64,000 bases of DNA from Felis catus (taxonomy: Eukaryota), in NCBI RefSeq assembly GCF_018350175.1, contig NC_058377.1:61876001-61940000 (forward strand), in the 5' to 3' direction. Under the pieces are notes generated by a model, which was not told where the DNA came from, did no database searches, and saw only the letters and a list, made by a program, of their open reading frames with translations. The position numbers and the translations under genes are program-made. Within the stretch, counting starts at the first letter, position 1. Each line of letters starts with the position of its first letter. Positions 47,213 through 59,480 of this stretch are shown one piece after another.

Positions 47213-48157
47213 TTAAAACTTTGTTCCCAGTAGTATTTTGCAAAGCCTCCGACGAATCTCTTTGGTTTTGATGGAATAAATAATGGGGTTGAGCATAGGA
47301 GGCACAAAGAGATAGATCAGGGACATGAGTGTATGTACATACTGTGGGGCATGCCTCCCATAGCGAGCAACCATGGACACACCAACCATGGGCACATAGA
47401 ACATGAGCACAGCACACAAGTGAGACACACATGTATTCAGTGTCTTAAGTCTTTCCTCCCAGGATGCAATGACAAGTACAGAGCGCAGTATGAGCACGTA
47501 AGAAAGAAGAATGAGTGCAGAATCCAGACCAAAGTTACAGATGACAATGAATTGACCATAAATATTATTGATGGTGATGTCACCACAGGGCAAGCGGATC
47601 AGATCTGGATGCAGGCAGTAAGCATGGGAGAGTACATTGGCCTTGCAGAAGGGCAACCTCTTCAGAAGGAAAGGCAGTGGGAAAACCACACAGAAACTGC
47701 GGATGATAACAGCCATGCCCATACACACCACACAGGCACCAGTAAGAACTGTGGCATAACGCAGTGGGTTACAGATGGCCACATAGCGGTCAAAGCTCAT
47801 AACCAACAGAATCCCCGACTCTATGAAGGAGAAGAGGTGGATAAAGAACATTTGAGCCATGCAAGAATCAAAGCTGATCTTCTGTAAGTGGAAGCAAAAT
47901 GTGGCCAACACCGTGGGCAGTGTGGAAAAGGACACACCTAGGTCATTAACTGATAGCAGGGACAAGAAATAGTACATAGGCTGATGCAAACTCTGTTCCT
48001 CCTTGATAATGAAAAGGATAAGGGCATTTCCCACAATGGAGACAGTGTAGAGGGTACCAAGGAGCAGAAACACATAGTGTTGGGAGGTCCCCAGCCCTGA
48101 GAACCCTGTCAGGGTAAAGGGAGGCAACTCTGAGCTGTTTTGGGGGTTACCTCCCAT
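47213..48157 (-). CDS. Class I olfactory receptor, OR51 family (314 aa, MGGNPQNSSE...)
   Basis: Uninterrupted ORF with LHQPMYYFLS, MSFDRYVAICNPLRY, HAYCLHPD, KTLNTCVSH, PPMLNPIIYS; N-glycan NSS. Close paralog of the 33.6 kb gene. Confidence 0.92.
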   Translation of the reverse strand: MGGNPQNSSELPPFTLTGFSGLGTSQHYVFLLLGTLYTVSIVGNALILFIIKEEQSLHQPMYYFLSLLSVNDLGVSFSTLPTVLATFCFHLQKISFDSCMAQMFFIHLFSFIESGILLVMSFDRYVAICNPLRYATVLTGACVVCMGMAVIIRSFCVVFPLPFLLKRLPFCKANVLSHAYCLHPDLIRLPCGDITINNIYGQFIVICNFGLDSALILLSYVLILRSVLVIASWEERLKTLNTCVSHLCAVLMFYVPMVGVSMVARYGRHAPQYVHTLMSLIYLFVPPMLNPIIYSIKTKEIRRRLCKILLGTKF

Positions 48158-48185
48158 ATTGGCATTACTGCTTAGACTCTAGGAC

Positions 48186-48210
48186 CACTGTCCTGTAAAG
48201 AAGATAAACA
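48186..48210 (-). other. Splice acceptor of the 48.1 kb OR coding exon
   Basis: Minus strand gtttatcttctttacag|gacagtgg; exon starts at 48192, 35 nt before the ATG. Confidence 0.6.
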
Positions 48211-49863
48211 TACAGTTTAAATCATGACCTAGACCTAATATCCTAAGACTCTTATATATCATCCAGCCCTTTATTTGTAGCATTAATCAATCTTGCTCCC
48301 CAAATCATTCATCCTTCTCTCTTATTGTCAACACTATCTCTGGAATTATCTGAGTATTCTCTTTTATACAGCTAGCGAAACAGGTCACATTGCCTTCCTT
48401 TACACCTGTGCCTAACACCACAATGCTTCTTCTCACATTCAAAGCTATGAACTCTTTTCATCAATCTCTGGGCATCTTTTTCCTCAAGACCTAAAATCAA
48501 ACTGTCTTTATCGCTACTTCCTTGACTATCCCACCTTCTTCCTGAACGTTTCGCTTAGTCATTGAACCATAAACTTTTCCTCTTTCCACTCTCTCATGCT
48601 ACTGAACCTTTGTTACCTTATTATGATTCTCCAGCTTCCTCACTCCTGTATAGCCTGTCAGTTCTTCTATCCATCCATCCATCCATCCTGATAAAATATA
48701 AATGGGTAGAAAGAGGTGGTCAGTACTAAATCAGTAGTTCTGGTTTCAATCCTCAAAATTTCCTTCCTTGTACCTCAGGATACCCACATTGATCTCTTTG
48801 TTGCTATCCAAACATGAACTGCAGGTCCTCAGCTCCCTGAAGCAGCCCTGAATGTGATAACATAGCCATTAGATCCATCTTCTAGGGTCCAGGACCAGTG
48901 ATGCCTTCTGCCATGGCCAGCAGAGGTAACTTGTCTTCCTGCTACCACCTTCATAGCTATAGGTTTGTGTCTCCTTTCATGCCCACTTCTCTGCCAGTCC
49001 TGCATTATAGCTTTGTGAATCCTGTCTTCCCTCCTGACTCAGTTCCAAGAACTCAGCCGTGACTCTCGCTCACTGTTGAGCCCCTTCTGTGCTTAGTGCA
49101 AGGTCTTGCACAGGAGATGTACTCACTAAGTCACTGATCCCTCCTGGGCTTTTGTTCTCTTTGTTGTAAACTGGAGATTTTAAGAAACCGAGCTAACAGG
49201 GTTGTCGAGATCCAAAAGTGGACAGTTGTGAAAACTTTAAGGACTTTGCAACTTGGGTTCTATAGCCTTCTGTCCGCCCTCACCTCCAGCTGCTCATCTG
49301 CCTTTGCCAAACCTCCATCTGACTCAGGACTCCTCTATCCTCTCTTCTCAGGATGCATTTCCCCCTGCATTCCATATTCTTAGTACCACTTTGTCTTCTC
49401 TACCTGAAAACTCCTCCTAAACATTTTTATTTGTCTCTGCATGAAATGTGCAGACACCCTTGATTTTAGTTTCTTAACACTAAGTAAGGTCCTGCCAAGT
49501 GGTATCCAAAGCAGTCAGTGTCTTCTTATATATGCGCCTCATACCAGCTATTCTAAGAAAAGTGAGGGGTGATTGTTCACACCAAAGCATCTATGTCCAA
49601 GTTTAGCCTGTTGGGGTATCCCTGCTGAGACAGTCATGTCTGAAACAGAAAGCATGGCAGGATTTTAGAGAACAAGAGCTACAGATAGAAAATACAGAGG
49701 TGGGAAGGTGGTAAAGGTGAAAGTGTACAGGAAATCAAACAACCCGACTCAAATTATGGAGAGCCTTTCCTCCTTCTGACTGTCATACTATAGCACTCAG
49801 GATTTCTAAGTTAGGGGAAGAGTGCCTTAAGGCTTGAGATTTTGTGCATCTGACACTCCAGTT

Positions 49864-50015
49864 TACCTACCTGAGAGAGCTGTGCACGTGGAAGGTGCAG
49901 AGGAAGGAAAAGCAGTAGTGGGGGCCCTGAATGCCTTACTCCAAACCCCAAACGGTTACTTGTGCCAACTCTCTGGTCTGACAATATAAGGTTGCATTCA
50001 GGAAGTCCCTTGAGC
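49864..50015 (-). promoter_or_regulatory. Candidate promoter / 5' non-coding exon of the 48.1 kb OR
   Basis: Overlapping donors CAG|gtaggt (49871) and TAG|gtaaac (49867). Aligns with the 36243-36275 block; O/E-like TCCCTTGAG near 50006. Confidence 0.42.
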
Positions 50016-50719
50016 TTATATCTGCTCAGGTACTCATGGACTGCTGGGAACATGGAACATCTACACATCTATTTTACAGCCAAAGAAATTGGGTTTAGCA
50101 AGAACCCCTCAGATACCTAATGTTTGCCTGCAACTCACCAGGCTGAAAAATGTAGTATCTTTTCAAAACTCCCACTCATATGTAAGTCAAACCAAAGGAT
50201 TCAGTGTCTCACCTAATGCACTCCTAGACCTTGCAGTCACACTGATTGCCATGCAAAAAGGTCAGGAAATTACCCAAGCCCTGATCAATACTCATGGGTT
50301 TATCAGTATCCTGTGTCTACTGGCCCTTTGTTATAAGTCTCTTCAAATTTTCCCATATGGAAAGAAAAAAAATACTGTATTTTCATTTACAACAAGGTAA
50401 CAATTTTTACCCTAAAGTTCTATGGTATAAGGTGTATGTTAACAAAAGTAACTATAAATGGAGTCCCTCATTCAATAGTAGACATGATTTTAGTCTTCAG
50501 AAATGTGTAGATGAATAAGCATAACATTTCATAGTCTAGTTGGGGAGAATCCTAAGGAAACACCTCTTCTATATTTCAGTGAATTCAATGATAAAAGATA
50601 CAAGGCGGAGTTTAGGAAAGAATAAAGGAGGGGAATTGACAATATTCTAGGGCAGCCAGAGAAGATTTTCAGGTGTATCTCTTGCTTTTCAAATTATGAG
50701 CAAACATTATTTAAGTGAA

Positions 50720-51323
50720 TATGGTAAGCAGAATGCCCCCCACAAATATGTCCAAGTTTGGTACCTATGAGTAGGTACATTTCATGGCAAAAAAGGACTT
50801 TGGAGATATAATTAAGATTATGGACCTTAAGGATTTGGTGTGGGGGGGTGACTTAAGTATACCAAACTGATTCACATGAGTCCTTAGAAACAAAGAACTT
50901 TCTCAGGCTGGAATCAGAAAAATGTGGCAGAAAAAGTCAGAGAGATTCAAAGCATGAGAGGCACTTGGTCCACAATTACTGGAGGGAGTTGAATGAATAG
51001 CATGAGAGTAGTGTAGACAGCCTTTAGGAGCAAATGCCATCCCCTGGCTGGTAGCCAGCAAGGAAATTGAAACTTTAGTTCTACATTTACGAGGAACGGA
51101 ATTCAACCAACAACTTACATGAGCTTCAAAGCAGCTTCTTCTCCAGAGCCTTCAGTAAGGAACTCAGCCTTGCCATCACTGTGATTACCTTGAGAGATCC
51201 TAAACATTAAGGGTTTCTGGACTTCTGACCTACAGAATCTATGAGATAAGATTTTTTTTTTTTATTTTTTTAAGCTGCTAAGGTTGTGATAATTTCTGCC
51301 AGCAGCCAGAGAAAACTAACACA
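50720..51323 (+). mobile_element. MLT1D/E-like MaLR solo LTR
   Basis: tatggtaagcagaat...gaaaactaacaca; TSD gtga(a/g). Confidence 0.85.
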
Positions 51324-51600
51324 GTGAGTCTCAGGCAGAAGGGAGAAGATGAGGAAAGAACAAAAGAAGGGTCATTTCTGGCAGATGAGAAAACACAAAC
51401 ACAGGTATGAAGTCTTGAAAAGCAACACTGGAGAGGAGAATGGGAGACAGAAAGGAAGGGTTTAAGAGGCTTAAAAAATAAGTTGGAAATGAGTGAGAAA
51501 TTAATTCATCAAAGCCAGACAATATATCATCTCAATTGAGAGTCCAAGAAATTTGGAGAAGAGTGGTGTCTATGCCATTGCTCTACACAGGAGAAAGAAA

Positions 51601-51981
51601 TGTTAAAAAACAAGATACTGTGCCCAACATCGAGTCACTTGTGTAAGCCCCACACCACCAAATAGAGACTTAGTTATAGATTGTCTATTCCAGGAATGGA
51701 ATCTTAAACCAGTCCATCAGGAACTCCCTGACTGGCACTTGGGAAGCAATCTGCCTGATGGACTTCAGTCATTCCCCTCAAGGAAAGTCAACTTTCAATA
51801 ACCAAACCACTTTATTGCGTAGTATAACTTCCTTGTTCCCTCTCCTTTCTGCCTATACAAGTCTTTATTTTGTACAGCTCCTCAGAGCCCCTTTCTATTT
51901 GCTAGATTGGATGCTGCCTGATTTAAATTGATTTTTGCTCAAATGAAGTCTTAAAATTGTTGTTCGGTTTATCTTTTAACA
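51601..51981 (+). mobile_element. MER34-family ERV1 solo LTR
   Basis: TGTTAAAAAAC...tttatcttttAACA with inverted ends; TSD gaa(a/g). Confidence 0.75.
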
Positions 51982-52544
51982 GAAGATAAGTACAAACTTA
52001 GTGATAGGACGTTGAGCGTTCCTGTCTAATCCCACCAACATTCTTCTGAAATAAGAGTAAGATCATCAGCTGGGAGTAAGAGGTTGGGGGCAACAGATGT
52101 GAGCAATTTATGAAGAGAGAAAGTATGAGATAGGAAACATGGAAGCGTGTATGACCAATAGTGAGTCTTATTACAGTTTGGGCTAATTCATGAAGCCATT
52201 GAGTATATCATTGCTTCTAATCTGTCCAACCTCTTCATCACACTACTCTTCTAGTAAATGCTTTTTAATCTTCTTGGTAAGTTCTCCTTGAAGCTCTCTG
52301 TTCTCTTGCTTTGGTCTATATCAGTTGCTTCTCAGGTCTCTCATGCAAATAGCAGCAAGGAATCTGTCCTCCTATTCTCCTGGGGTTGGAATTCCATTTC
52401 CTGGATCATGTATCTTCCTCTTTTGTCAGCATCCATATTTGTTTGCTGGAGGTCTTTCTTCTTTACACTTTAAGGACAACATTTTTTATTAAATTGCATA
52501 CCGCTTTTTCATTTCTATGCAACCCTGTTTTTCTCTCCTTTCCC

Positions 52545-53633
52545 TGTTTGTAGAAAAACTTTCCTGTGCCATCCATGGTGCTAAGTACCCTAAATGTTTG
52601 ATAGCAATCCCACTGCATGTATGTGTGAGAGTGGAGGGTTTCCCTCAACATCCAAGCAATTCTCTGATATCAGCTTGGTGTCCTATATTTCAACTCGATT
52701 CTGACAACTGTCTACCCAGCCTCAAATCCCACAGGTTTAAATCTCAGTCCCACAAGTCTGCCCTTTGCTTCAGATGCCGTTAGCAAGCCAAGGTTGTTAC
52801 CTGTGCTTCTGATTGACTGGCAACAGATTGGAGTTCCCATGACCTGCTCCTTGGACTTCAGATACCAGTCATAAGTCCAGATTGTTACTTGTACTTCTGA
52901 GAAATTGGCTACAAATCAGAAGTCCTCATGACCTGCTCCTTGGGTTCTTAATTTGTTGGAGCATCTCGCAGAACTCAGGAAACCCCATTTTCTCACTAGA
53001 TTACTGGCTTAGATAGTGATGTTAAAACAATCACTATCTAGATGAAGAGATACATAGAGCAAGGTCTTAAACAAGGGATCTTCTATTCTCATGAAGTTTG
53101 GAACCTGGCATGGTAACATATAGAAATGTTCTTTCACCTAATCTGGAAGATCTCCAAGACTCCTCTTTTGGGGATTTTGTGAAGGCTTCATTACATAGGC
53201 ATGATTGATTAAATTATTGGCCATTGGTGATCAATTCAGCTTCCATCCTCCTCCCCTCCTCAGAAATTGCAGGGTGAGACAGAAATTTCCACCTCTCTAT
53301 TTTTGGTTGTTTCCCCTGGCAACCAGCTCTTATCCTTACATGCCTTCCCCAAGTCACCTCATTAACACAAGCACAGTTGTTGGTGGAAAGAAGCTTGTTA
53401 TTAATAAGACATCCATTTCACTTTTATGGCTCTGAAGTGTTTTCAGGAACTGAGGACAAGAGACCAAATGCTATAAAAAAAGATGTTCCCATTGCTCTTA
53501 TCCTTTAAGAAATTCCAAGCGTTTGGGGAGCTGTGAGCCAAGAGCTGTGGATAAAGACAATATATATGAGAAGTCTATATTTGGCCATCTGAATGAGCAA
53601 ATATGTATTTCTTCTAAATCACAATATTGCACA
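52545..53633. mobile_element. MER21-like LTR (~1.1 kb)
   Basis: caagcaattctctg...tctgacaactgtctacc...ggcttcattacataggcatgattgattaaa...aggaactgaggacaagagaccaaat...cacaatattgcaca. Confidence 0.7.
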
Positions 53634-55169
53634 CCCTCACAAAATTCATATCTTATTTTGGGACACATAACTATAAAATAATATGCAAGTCATGATCCTC
53701 TTGACCTTCCTGGGTAGAAACATAGTCACCTATTTTTCAAGGGGATAATTATGGACATTTCTTCATCTAGGAAACAGAAAATAGCAAGCAGATAAGACTA
53801 TATATGACTGGGGTTTTTTCATTGCTCTGAAATCATTGAGTCAGATCTGATCTTTATTTTTCTATATCCACCCTAGATGTGTTACAAGTAGGGGGATAAG
53901 AGGGATTTCCTTTCTATATGTTTGTGAGGGTCCACACTGGAAGCCCTTTATGAGATGGAGGTATAGCAACATATATCCTCAGATAGCGGTGTGAGGTGTG
54001 CTGAGTAGAACCTAAGGGAGGTAGGCACAGAAACAGACTCTTGGCCCCCAAAAGAAGCTTCAAAATTGTGTAGAAGGGACCCAGATTCCATACAGTGATA
54101 CTTCCTATGCCCTCTACTCCAATGTGTGCATCCAGAAGGTTCTCATTGAACAAACACCAACATGGAGAATGCCTTAACCTTCTGTTCCATGAAATAGATA
54201 TATTGGCATTTGCTTCCAACAATTCAAGCAGACACACAGACTTGGTTGGTCCTTGGAGGTACTTCCAGCTCATAACAAGTGGGTGAACTTGGTTTTGCTT
54301 GAAGAGACCGCGTACAATTCATGTCACAAGAAGAGACTAAAGAAGCCAAGAGCTCAGATAAGATGTATCTGATGACCTGGATACCCAGAGCCCTGTGAGC
54401 ATGTTGGAGTAATCACAGTTCTCTTCAGTAAGTCAGGTCACAGTCTGACACTTACCTCTATATTGGCAAGTTACAGATCCAGGCAGAGTCATAAATGTTC
54501 TATCTAATGGACTGAACAGAAGAAGACTTAAACAGCAAATATCTGCTGAATTTCTTTTAGACTACGCCGATTTTTAAGGCCAAGAGAAAAGTACTGAGTG
54601 TTTTTATTTATAGAATGTGATGTGGAAAATAGCCCAGAGGCTCCCAGAAAGGTTTTCACAGGTATGGAAATGAGCCAAATAGTTGCTTCAAAATCCGTCA
54701 GATTTAAAGGAGCAAGCAAAAGTACTGTCACCGAAAGCATATATTGTCCACTTATTAAGGCAATAACCTTATTATAAGTCATATTTGTGACAGAGCCAAG
54801 ATCATTAAACAGCAATATTGTTTCAAAAAATATTTCTTTATGTACCTGCTAAAGGCCAGGCATAGTGCTGCCACTGTACTGAAATTGCTATGGGTATACT
54901 TTATATAGCATATAAGTTCTGAGCAATATAAATATGCAAGGTACATTTGCAGCAGGTTTGAAGGTTGCAAGTACAATTTATTTTTTATTTCCTCTGGCCA
55001 GATCCATAATGCATATGGTATTTAGACTATGAACAATGTAAGTCTTCATATAGAATTGTTCTTTAATAAAATTATGATCTATGTTAGAGTAAAATATTTT
55101 ATGAATATGGTAATTCATTGAAGTATAAAGAGATGGTTGGTAGGTAAATATACGGAAAGATAATCACTT

Positions 55170-55390
55170 ATTAATTCATTTCTTTACTTATTTGAACATG
55201 TCTGGTATATTTCAGGCCCTCTGTTAGAGACTGAATAGTATAAACATACATAAGACACAGTCCTTGTGCATGAGTTGTTTACAGTCTGGTGGAGGAGACA
55301 AACTACCCAAACTAATGAATATGATTAAAGTAAATTCCAAGGACAGTGGGGATGGAAAGCAGGTATAGAACAGTGCTACTTAGGGTTCAA
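55170..55390 (-). mobile_element. L2 3' end
   Basis: attcattt...tttgaac...gacacagtccttg...tttacagtctggtggaggagacaaa. Confidence 0.55.
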
Positions 55391-55658
55391 GAAAGTCTTA
55401 GACAAAATATTTATTCAGACTCTGGTTTATACCCATGATGTTTTGAAGCTAAACCCTGAATTTTGCATTTATTCTTGCTAAATAAAAATAATATAAGCAA
55501 ATAAAATATGTGTATTATCATATAATTTTTAAAGCAGTTTATTTTATTCACTCTTCAAAACAAACATATGAAGTAGATAAATCAGAGATTAGTGTCTCAT
55601 TTTACAGATGAGGAAATTAAGACTGAGAAGTTCAGCCCACTTCCTCAAGAAGTCACCT

Positions 55659-55800
55659 CTTTGGATGGGTTAAGTAACCTTATTGTGCTGATGTTTTCAC
55701 AATATATACATGCAGTAAATCATCATATTGTACATCTTGAACTTATACAACATCGATTTCAGTTATATCTCAATAAAGCTGGAAAAAATAAAGATAAAAA
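55659..55800 (+). mobile_element. Short old L1 3' tail inserted in a MIR
   Basis: ...tatatctcaataaagctggaaaaaa; TSD aaga(a/t)gtcacct. Confidence 0.75.
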
Positions 55801-56290
55801 AAGATGTCACCTGTGATTTACATTTCTCTCCATAATAATGGGGGACAGAGAGAGAGGAAATGCTTCTTGATATGAGATTCTGATCTTAAAAAATGTATTA
55901 TTAGTCCATATGTTTATTCATTAATTTATTCACTTATGCTTTTCTTCTATTGTTCATCCATTATTATGTATTAATCTATTTTTTTCACTTACTCTTTCAT
56001 TATTGCTGTAGCATCATCAGACATTATCTGAATGGAGGGACTATAATAAGTCTGATGGGGCTGGACAGAGTGGTTGAAAAAGTTGCTGTTTTAGGGAGCT
56101 CAGATTCCATAAGGGGAAAGCAGATAGATATGAAAGAGTGAGGGAAAGGTCATAGGAGAGAAGCAAAGGGCTGTTGAATTCAATGGAGGTTGGCAGAGCC
56201 AAGTGCTTGCATATTTCAGCACCTCCCATGTGAAAAGAATATACCAGGAATCCTTAAGTCTAATTCTGACTATTTAAATATTGTAGCTGT

Positions 56291-56757
56291 TGGATTAGTC
56301 AGGGCTCTCCAGAGGAACAGTACCAATAAGATGTGCATATAAAGAGATTTATTGTATTTACTATAAGGAATTGGCTGTCACGATTACAGAGATGCAGAAG
56401 TCTAGACCTAGGAGAATTGTTGGTATAGTTCCAGTCCAGATATGAAAACCTGAGAACCAGGAAAACCAATGGTATAAGTCCAAGCCTAAGACCAAAGGCA
56501 AGAAAAGACTAACCTCCCTGCTTTGAGACAATCAGACAGAGATGTCTTTCTTTTATTCTTGGACTTTTACTTTATTCAGTCATTCAGTGGATTGGATGAG
56601 GCCCACCTACACTGGGGAAGGCAATATGCGTTACACAGTTTATCAATTCAAATCTCAACCAGAAACACCCTCACAGATACACACATAAATAATGTTTAAC
56701 CAAATATCTAGACTCCTTGTGGCCCAGTCAAGTTCACATGTAATATTAACCATCACA
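56291..56757 (-). mobile_element. MLT2-family ERVL solo LTR
   Basis: attagtcagggctctccagag...aaggaattggct...ggcccagtcaagttcacatgtaatattaaccatcaca. Confidence 0.8.
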
Positions 56758-57255
56758 ACTTGACTTTTCAAACGGCATGATGGGAAGAGCTCTGTCTCCT
56801 GGAAACCTCAGAAACTAATCACCCAAGCTAAGCTTGCATACTGGTAAAGATGTGATACCTAGCCCGTAATTAGTCCCTCTTTGCCCTTGTCTTTTTCAGA
56901 ATTGTGCAGGCCCATAACCAGAAGTCCTAAACATGTCACCAGTATCTTAAAAATAGTTCCCTGCTTCTCCAGAAAATAATCTCCCCCTGTAGTGATAGTT
57001 GACATTCTTTGGGTTATTCTTGAAAAGAGACCATTTTTGTGTTTCTAAAGGACATTGAATTTTTGATTTATGGATAAGACCCAAGATGGTTCTGGCAGGT
57101 GTTGGCGCAATACACCAGACTAAATGATTGTGCATTGATCTTATACCTCAAAGTGTAACACTAACATTCTTTGGATTGATCCTCTCTTCCAATGGTGTCT
57201 GGATGGTTATACCTCCAAGACAAAATCCTTCACAGTTTTTGGCTCTACCAAAGAC

Positions 57256-58203
57256 TCAGGACTTAACCCTAAAGAGCATCTTGAGGAGCCTGCGACGTAT
57301 CTCCTTTGTCTTAATGGAGTAGATGATAGGATTGAGCATGGGAGGCACAAAGAGGTAGAGAATAGACATGAGGATATAGACAGCATGGGGCAGGCCAGCA
57401 TCAAAACGATGCACAATGGACACACTTACCATGGGCACATAGAAGATGAGCACAGCTAGGATGTGGGACACACATGTGTTCAGTGTCTTGATGCGCTTTT
57501 CTCCGGAGGCAATGGCAAGCACTGATCGCAAGATTAGTACATAGGAGAGGAGAATGAGTGCAGAGTCCAGGCCAAAGGTGAATAGCACAATGGACAGCCC
57601 ATAGTGGCTATTGAGGGAGACATCAGTACATGCCAGCTTAATCATATCCACATGAAGGCAGTAGGCATGGGAGAGGATGTTCTGGGAGTGGCAGAAGGGG
57701 AGTCTGTGCAGCAGCAGTGGGAAGACAAGGATAAGGGCAAAGCTTCGGAGGACAGCACACAGTCCCATTGCCACAATGCGGGCATTAGTGAGCACTGCAG
57801 CATAGCGCAGTGGGTGGCAGATGGCAACATAGCGATCAAAGCTCATAGCCAGAAGGATGCCAGACTCTGTCCAAGAGAAGAGGTGGATGAAAAACATTTG
57901 GGCCAAGCAGGCATTAAAGGCAATCACCCTGGCATGGAAACAGAGGGCAGCCAGCACGGTCGGCAATGTGGAAAAGGACACTCCCAAGTCATTGACTGAA
58001 AGTAGAGATAAAAAGTAGTACATGGGCTGGTGCAAGCTCTGCTCCTCCTTAACAATGAGGAGGATCAGGGTGTTTCCCACAATGGAGATGGTGTAGAGCA
58101 GCAGAAGAGGGAAGGATAGCCAGGATTCCATGGTTTCCATTCCTGGGAAGCCCGTCAAGATAAAGGTGGGAGCATCAGAGGCATTGATTTTGAAGTTACC
58201 CAT
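57256..58203 (-). CDS. Class I olfactory receptor, OR51 family (315 aa, MGNFKINASD...)
   Basis: ATG at 58203. Motifs LHQPMYYFLS, MSFDRYVAICHPLRY, HAYCLH, KTLNTCVSH, PPMLNPIIYS; N-glycan NAS. The track start at 58284 is a TTG inside the acceptor pyrimidine tract. Confidence 0.93.
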   Translation of the reverse strand: MGNFKINASDAPTFILTGFPGMETMESWLSFPLLLLYTISIVGNTLILLIVKEEQSLHQPMYYFLSLLSVNDLGVSFSTLPTVLAALCFHARVIAFNACLAQMFFIHLFSWTESGILLAMSFDRYVAICHPLRYAAVLTNARIVAMGLCAVLRSFALILVFPLLLHRLPFCHSQNILSHAYCLHVDMIKLACTDVSLNSHYGLSIVLFTFGLDSALILLSYVLILRSVLAIASGEKRIKTLNTCVSHILAVLIFYVPMVSVSIVHRFDAGLPHAVYILMSILYLFVPPMLNPIIYSIKTKEIRRRLLKMLFRVKS

Positions 58204-58261
58204 GAGAAGCTGGCTACATGTGTTATCAGCCAGCACAACTGTGTCTAAGACTACTATTGTT

Positions 58262-58290
58262 CCTAGGGAGGAAAAACAACACAAAAGTTT
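58262..58290 (-). other. Splice acceptor of the 58.2 kb OR coding exon
   Basis: Minus strand ttttgtgttgtttttcctccctag|gaac; exon starts at 58262. Confidence 0.65.
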
Positions 58291-58337
58291 ATAAACTGTG
58301 ATTGTACATAGATTTTATTCCTAAAATACACTGGTAT

Positions 58338-58539
58338 TGGGGCGCCTGGGTGGCTCAGTCAGTTAAGCGTCCAACTCTTGATTTCAGCTCAGGTCATGAT
58401 CTCATAGTTCATCAGATCGAGCCCCATATCAGGCTCTATGCTGACAGAATGAAGCCTGCTTTGGATTTTCTCTCTCCCTCTCTCTATCCCTCACCCATGT
58501 GCATGCATGCATTCTCTCTCTCAAAATAAATAAATAAAA
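58338..58539 (+). mobile_element. CAN-SINE in the intron of the 58.2 kb OR, ~75 bp upstream of its acceptor
   Basis: Full head, CT run and aataaa tail. Confidence 0.9.
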
Positions 58540-59253
58540 GGATGGATTGGGAGGATGAGGAGGAGGTCATGAAATACTAGCCATCAACAGAAAGACTTCT
58601 TTCTTAGACATCTTTCAGAAAGACTAGATTAAGACTCTTCTTCAGGGTGGTTGACTAGCTCATTAAGTGTCATTGGCAACCCTCTGGACACCTTCAATGT
58701 GGCCATCATAACAGCTGTCCTTCAAATGCCTCAACTTTCATAACCATGATCTTAGCTAACCCCCAAAGGTGTTCACACTTACATCCAGTCTGACAGATGA
58801 GGGACCAAGTGTTCAAGAAAGGAAAGAGAATTAGTCCAGATTTTCTTGGGAGGCAGTTACATGGCTAGAACTAAAATTCACTAATCCAATTTCTACCTGA
58901 GGAACTTATGTGGTCTACAGTCCCACATTTAATACTGGAAGAGTCCATTCAGGACCCCTGGAAAATCAAATATCTCAAGAGGCATTGGAGAATACTAGTT
59001 AAGAATATGGTGCCAGAACATCCTGGGTTTGAGTCCAGTGACATTAGGTAAATTTCTTAAACTCTCTTCTCCTGTGTCTTTACTTTTAAGACAGGAATAA
59101 AAGAAAATTGCCCTATGGATATGGATACATGCATATGTAAGACAGAAAGAGAGAGACAGAGGAAGAGAGAGAGAGAACTTGGACTTGAAATAGGTCCTGC
59201 CCACAGTAAGCATTACATAAGTACTACTATTATTGTTATTATTTAAAAGTTGT

Positions 59254-59480
59254 GGGGCGCCTGGGTGGCGCAGTCGGTTAAGCGTCCGACTTCAGCCAGG
59301 TCACGATCTCGCGGTCCGTGAGTTCGAGCCCCGCGTCGGGCTCTGGGCTGATGGCTCGGAGCCTGGAGCCTGTTTCCGATTCTGTGTCTCCCTCTCTCTC
59401 TGCCCCTCCCCCATTCATGCTCTGTCTCTCTCTGTCCCAAAAATAAATAAAAACGTTGAAAAAAAAATTAAAAAAAAAAA
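59254..59480 (+). mobile_element. Very young SINEC_Fc-type SINE
   Basis: CpGs retained; perfect TSD taaaagttgt at 59244-53 and 59481-90. Confidence 0.96.

Noticed and set aside
53914-54460. 119-aa ORF and donor-like motifs in unique-looking DNA
   Set aside because: No recognisable homology or consistent exon structure; within chance expectation. A BLASTX/Dfam search would settle it.
32712-58203. Calling the minus-strand genes OR51I1, or invoking gene conversion among them
   Set aside because: Their N-termini do not match my recollection of OR51I1, so no symbol is given. Dense synonymous differences in the identical protein block argue against recent conversion.
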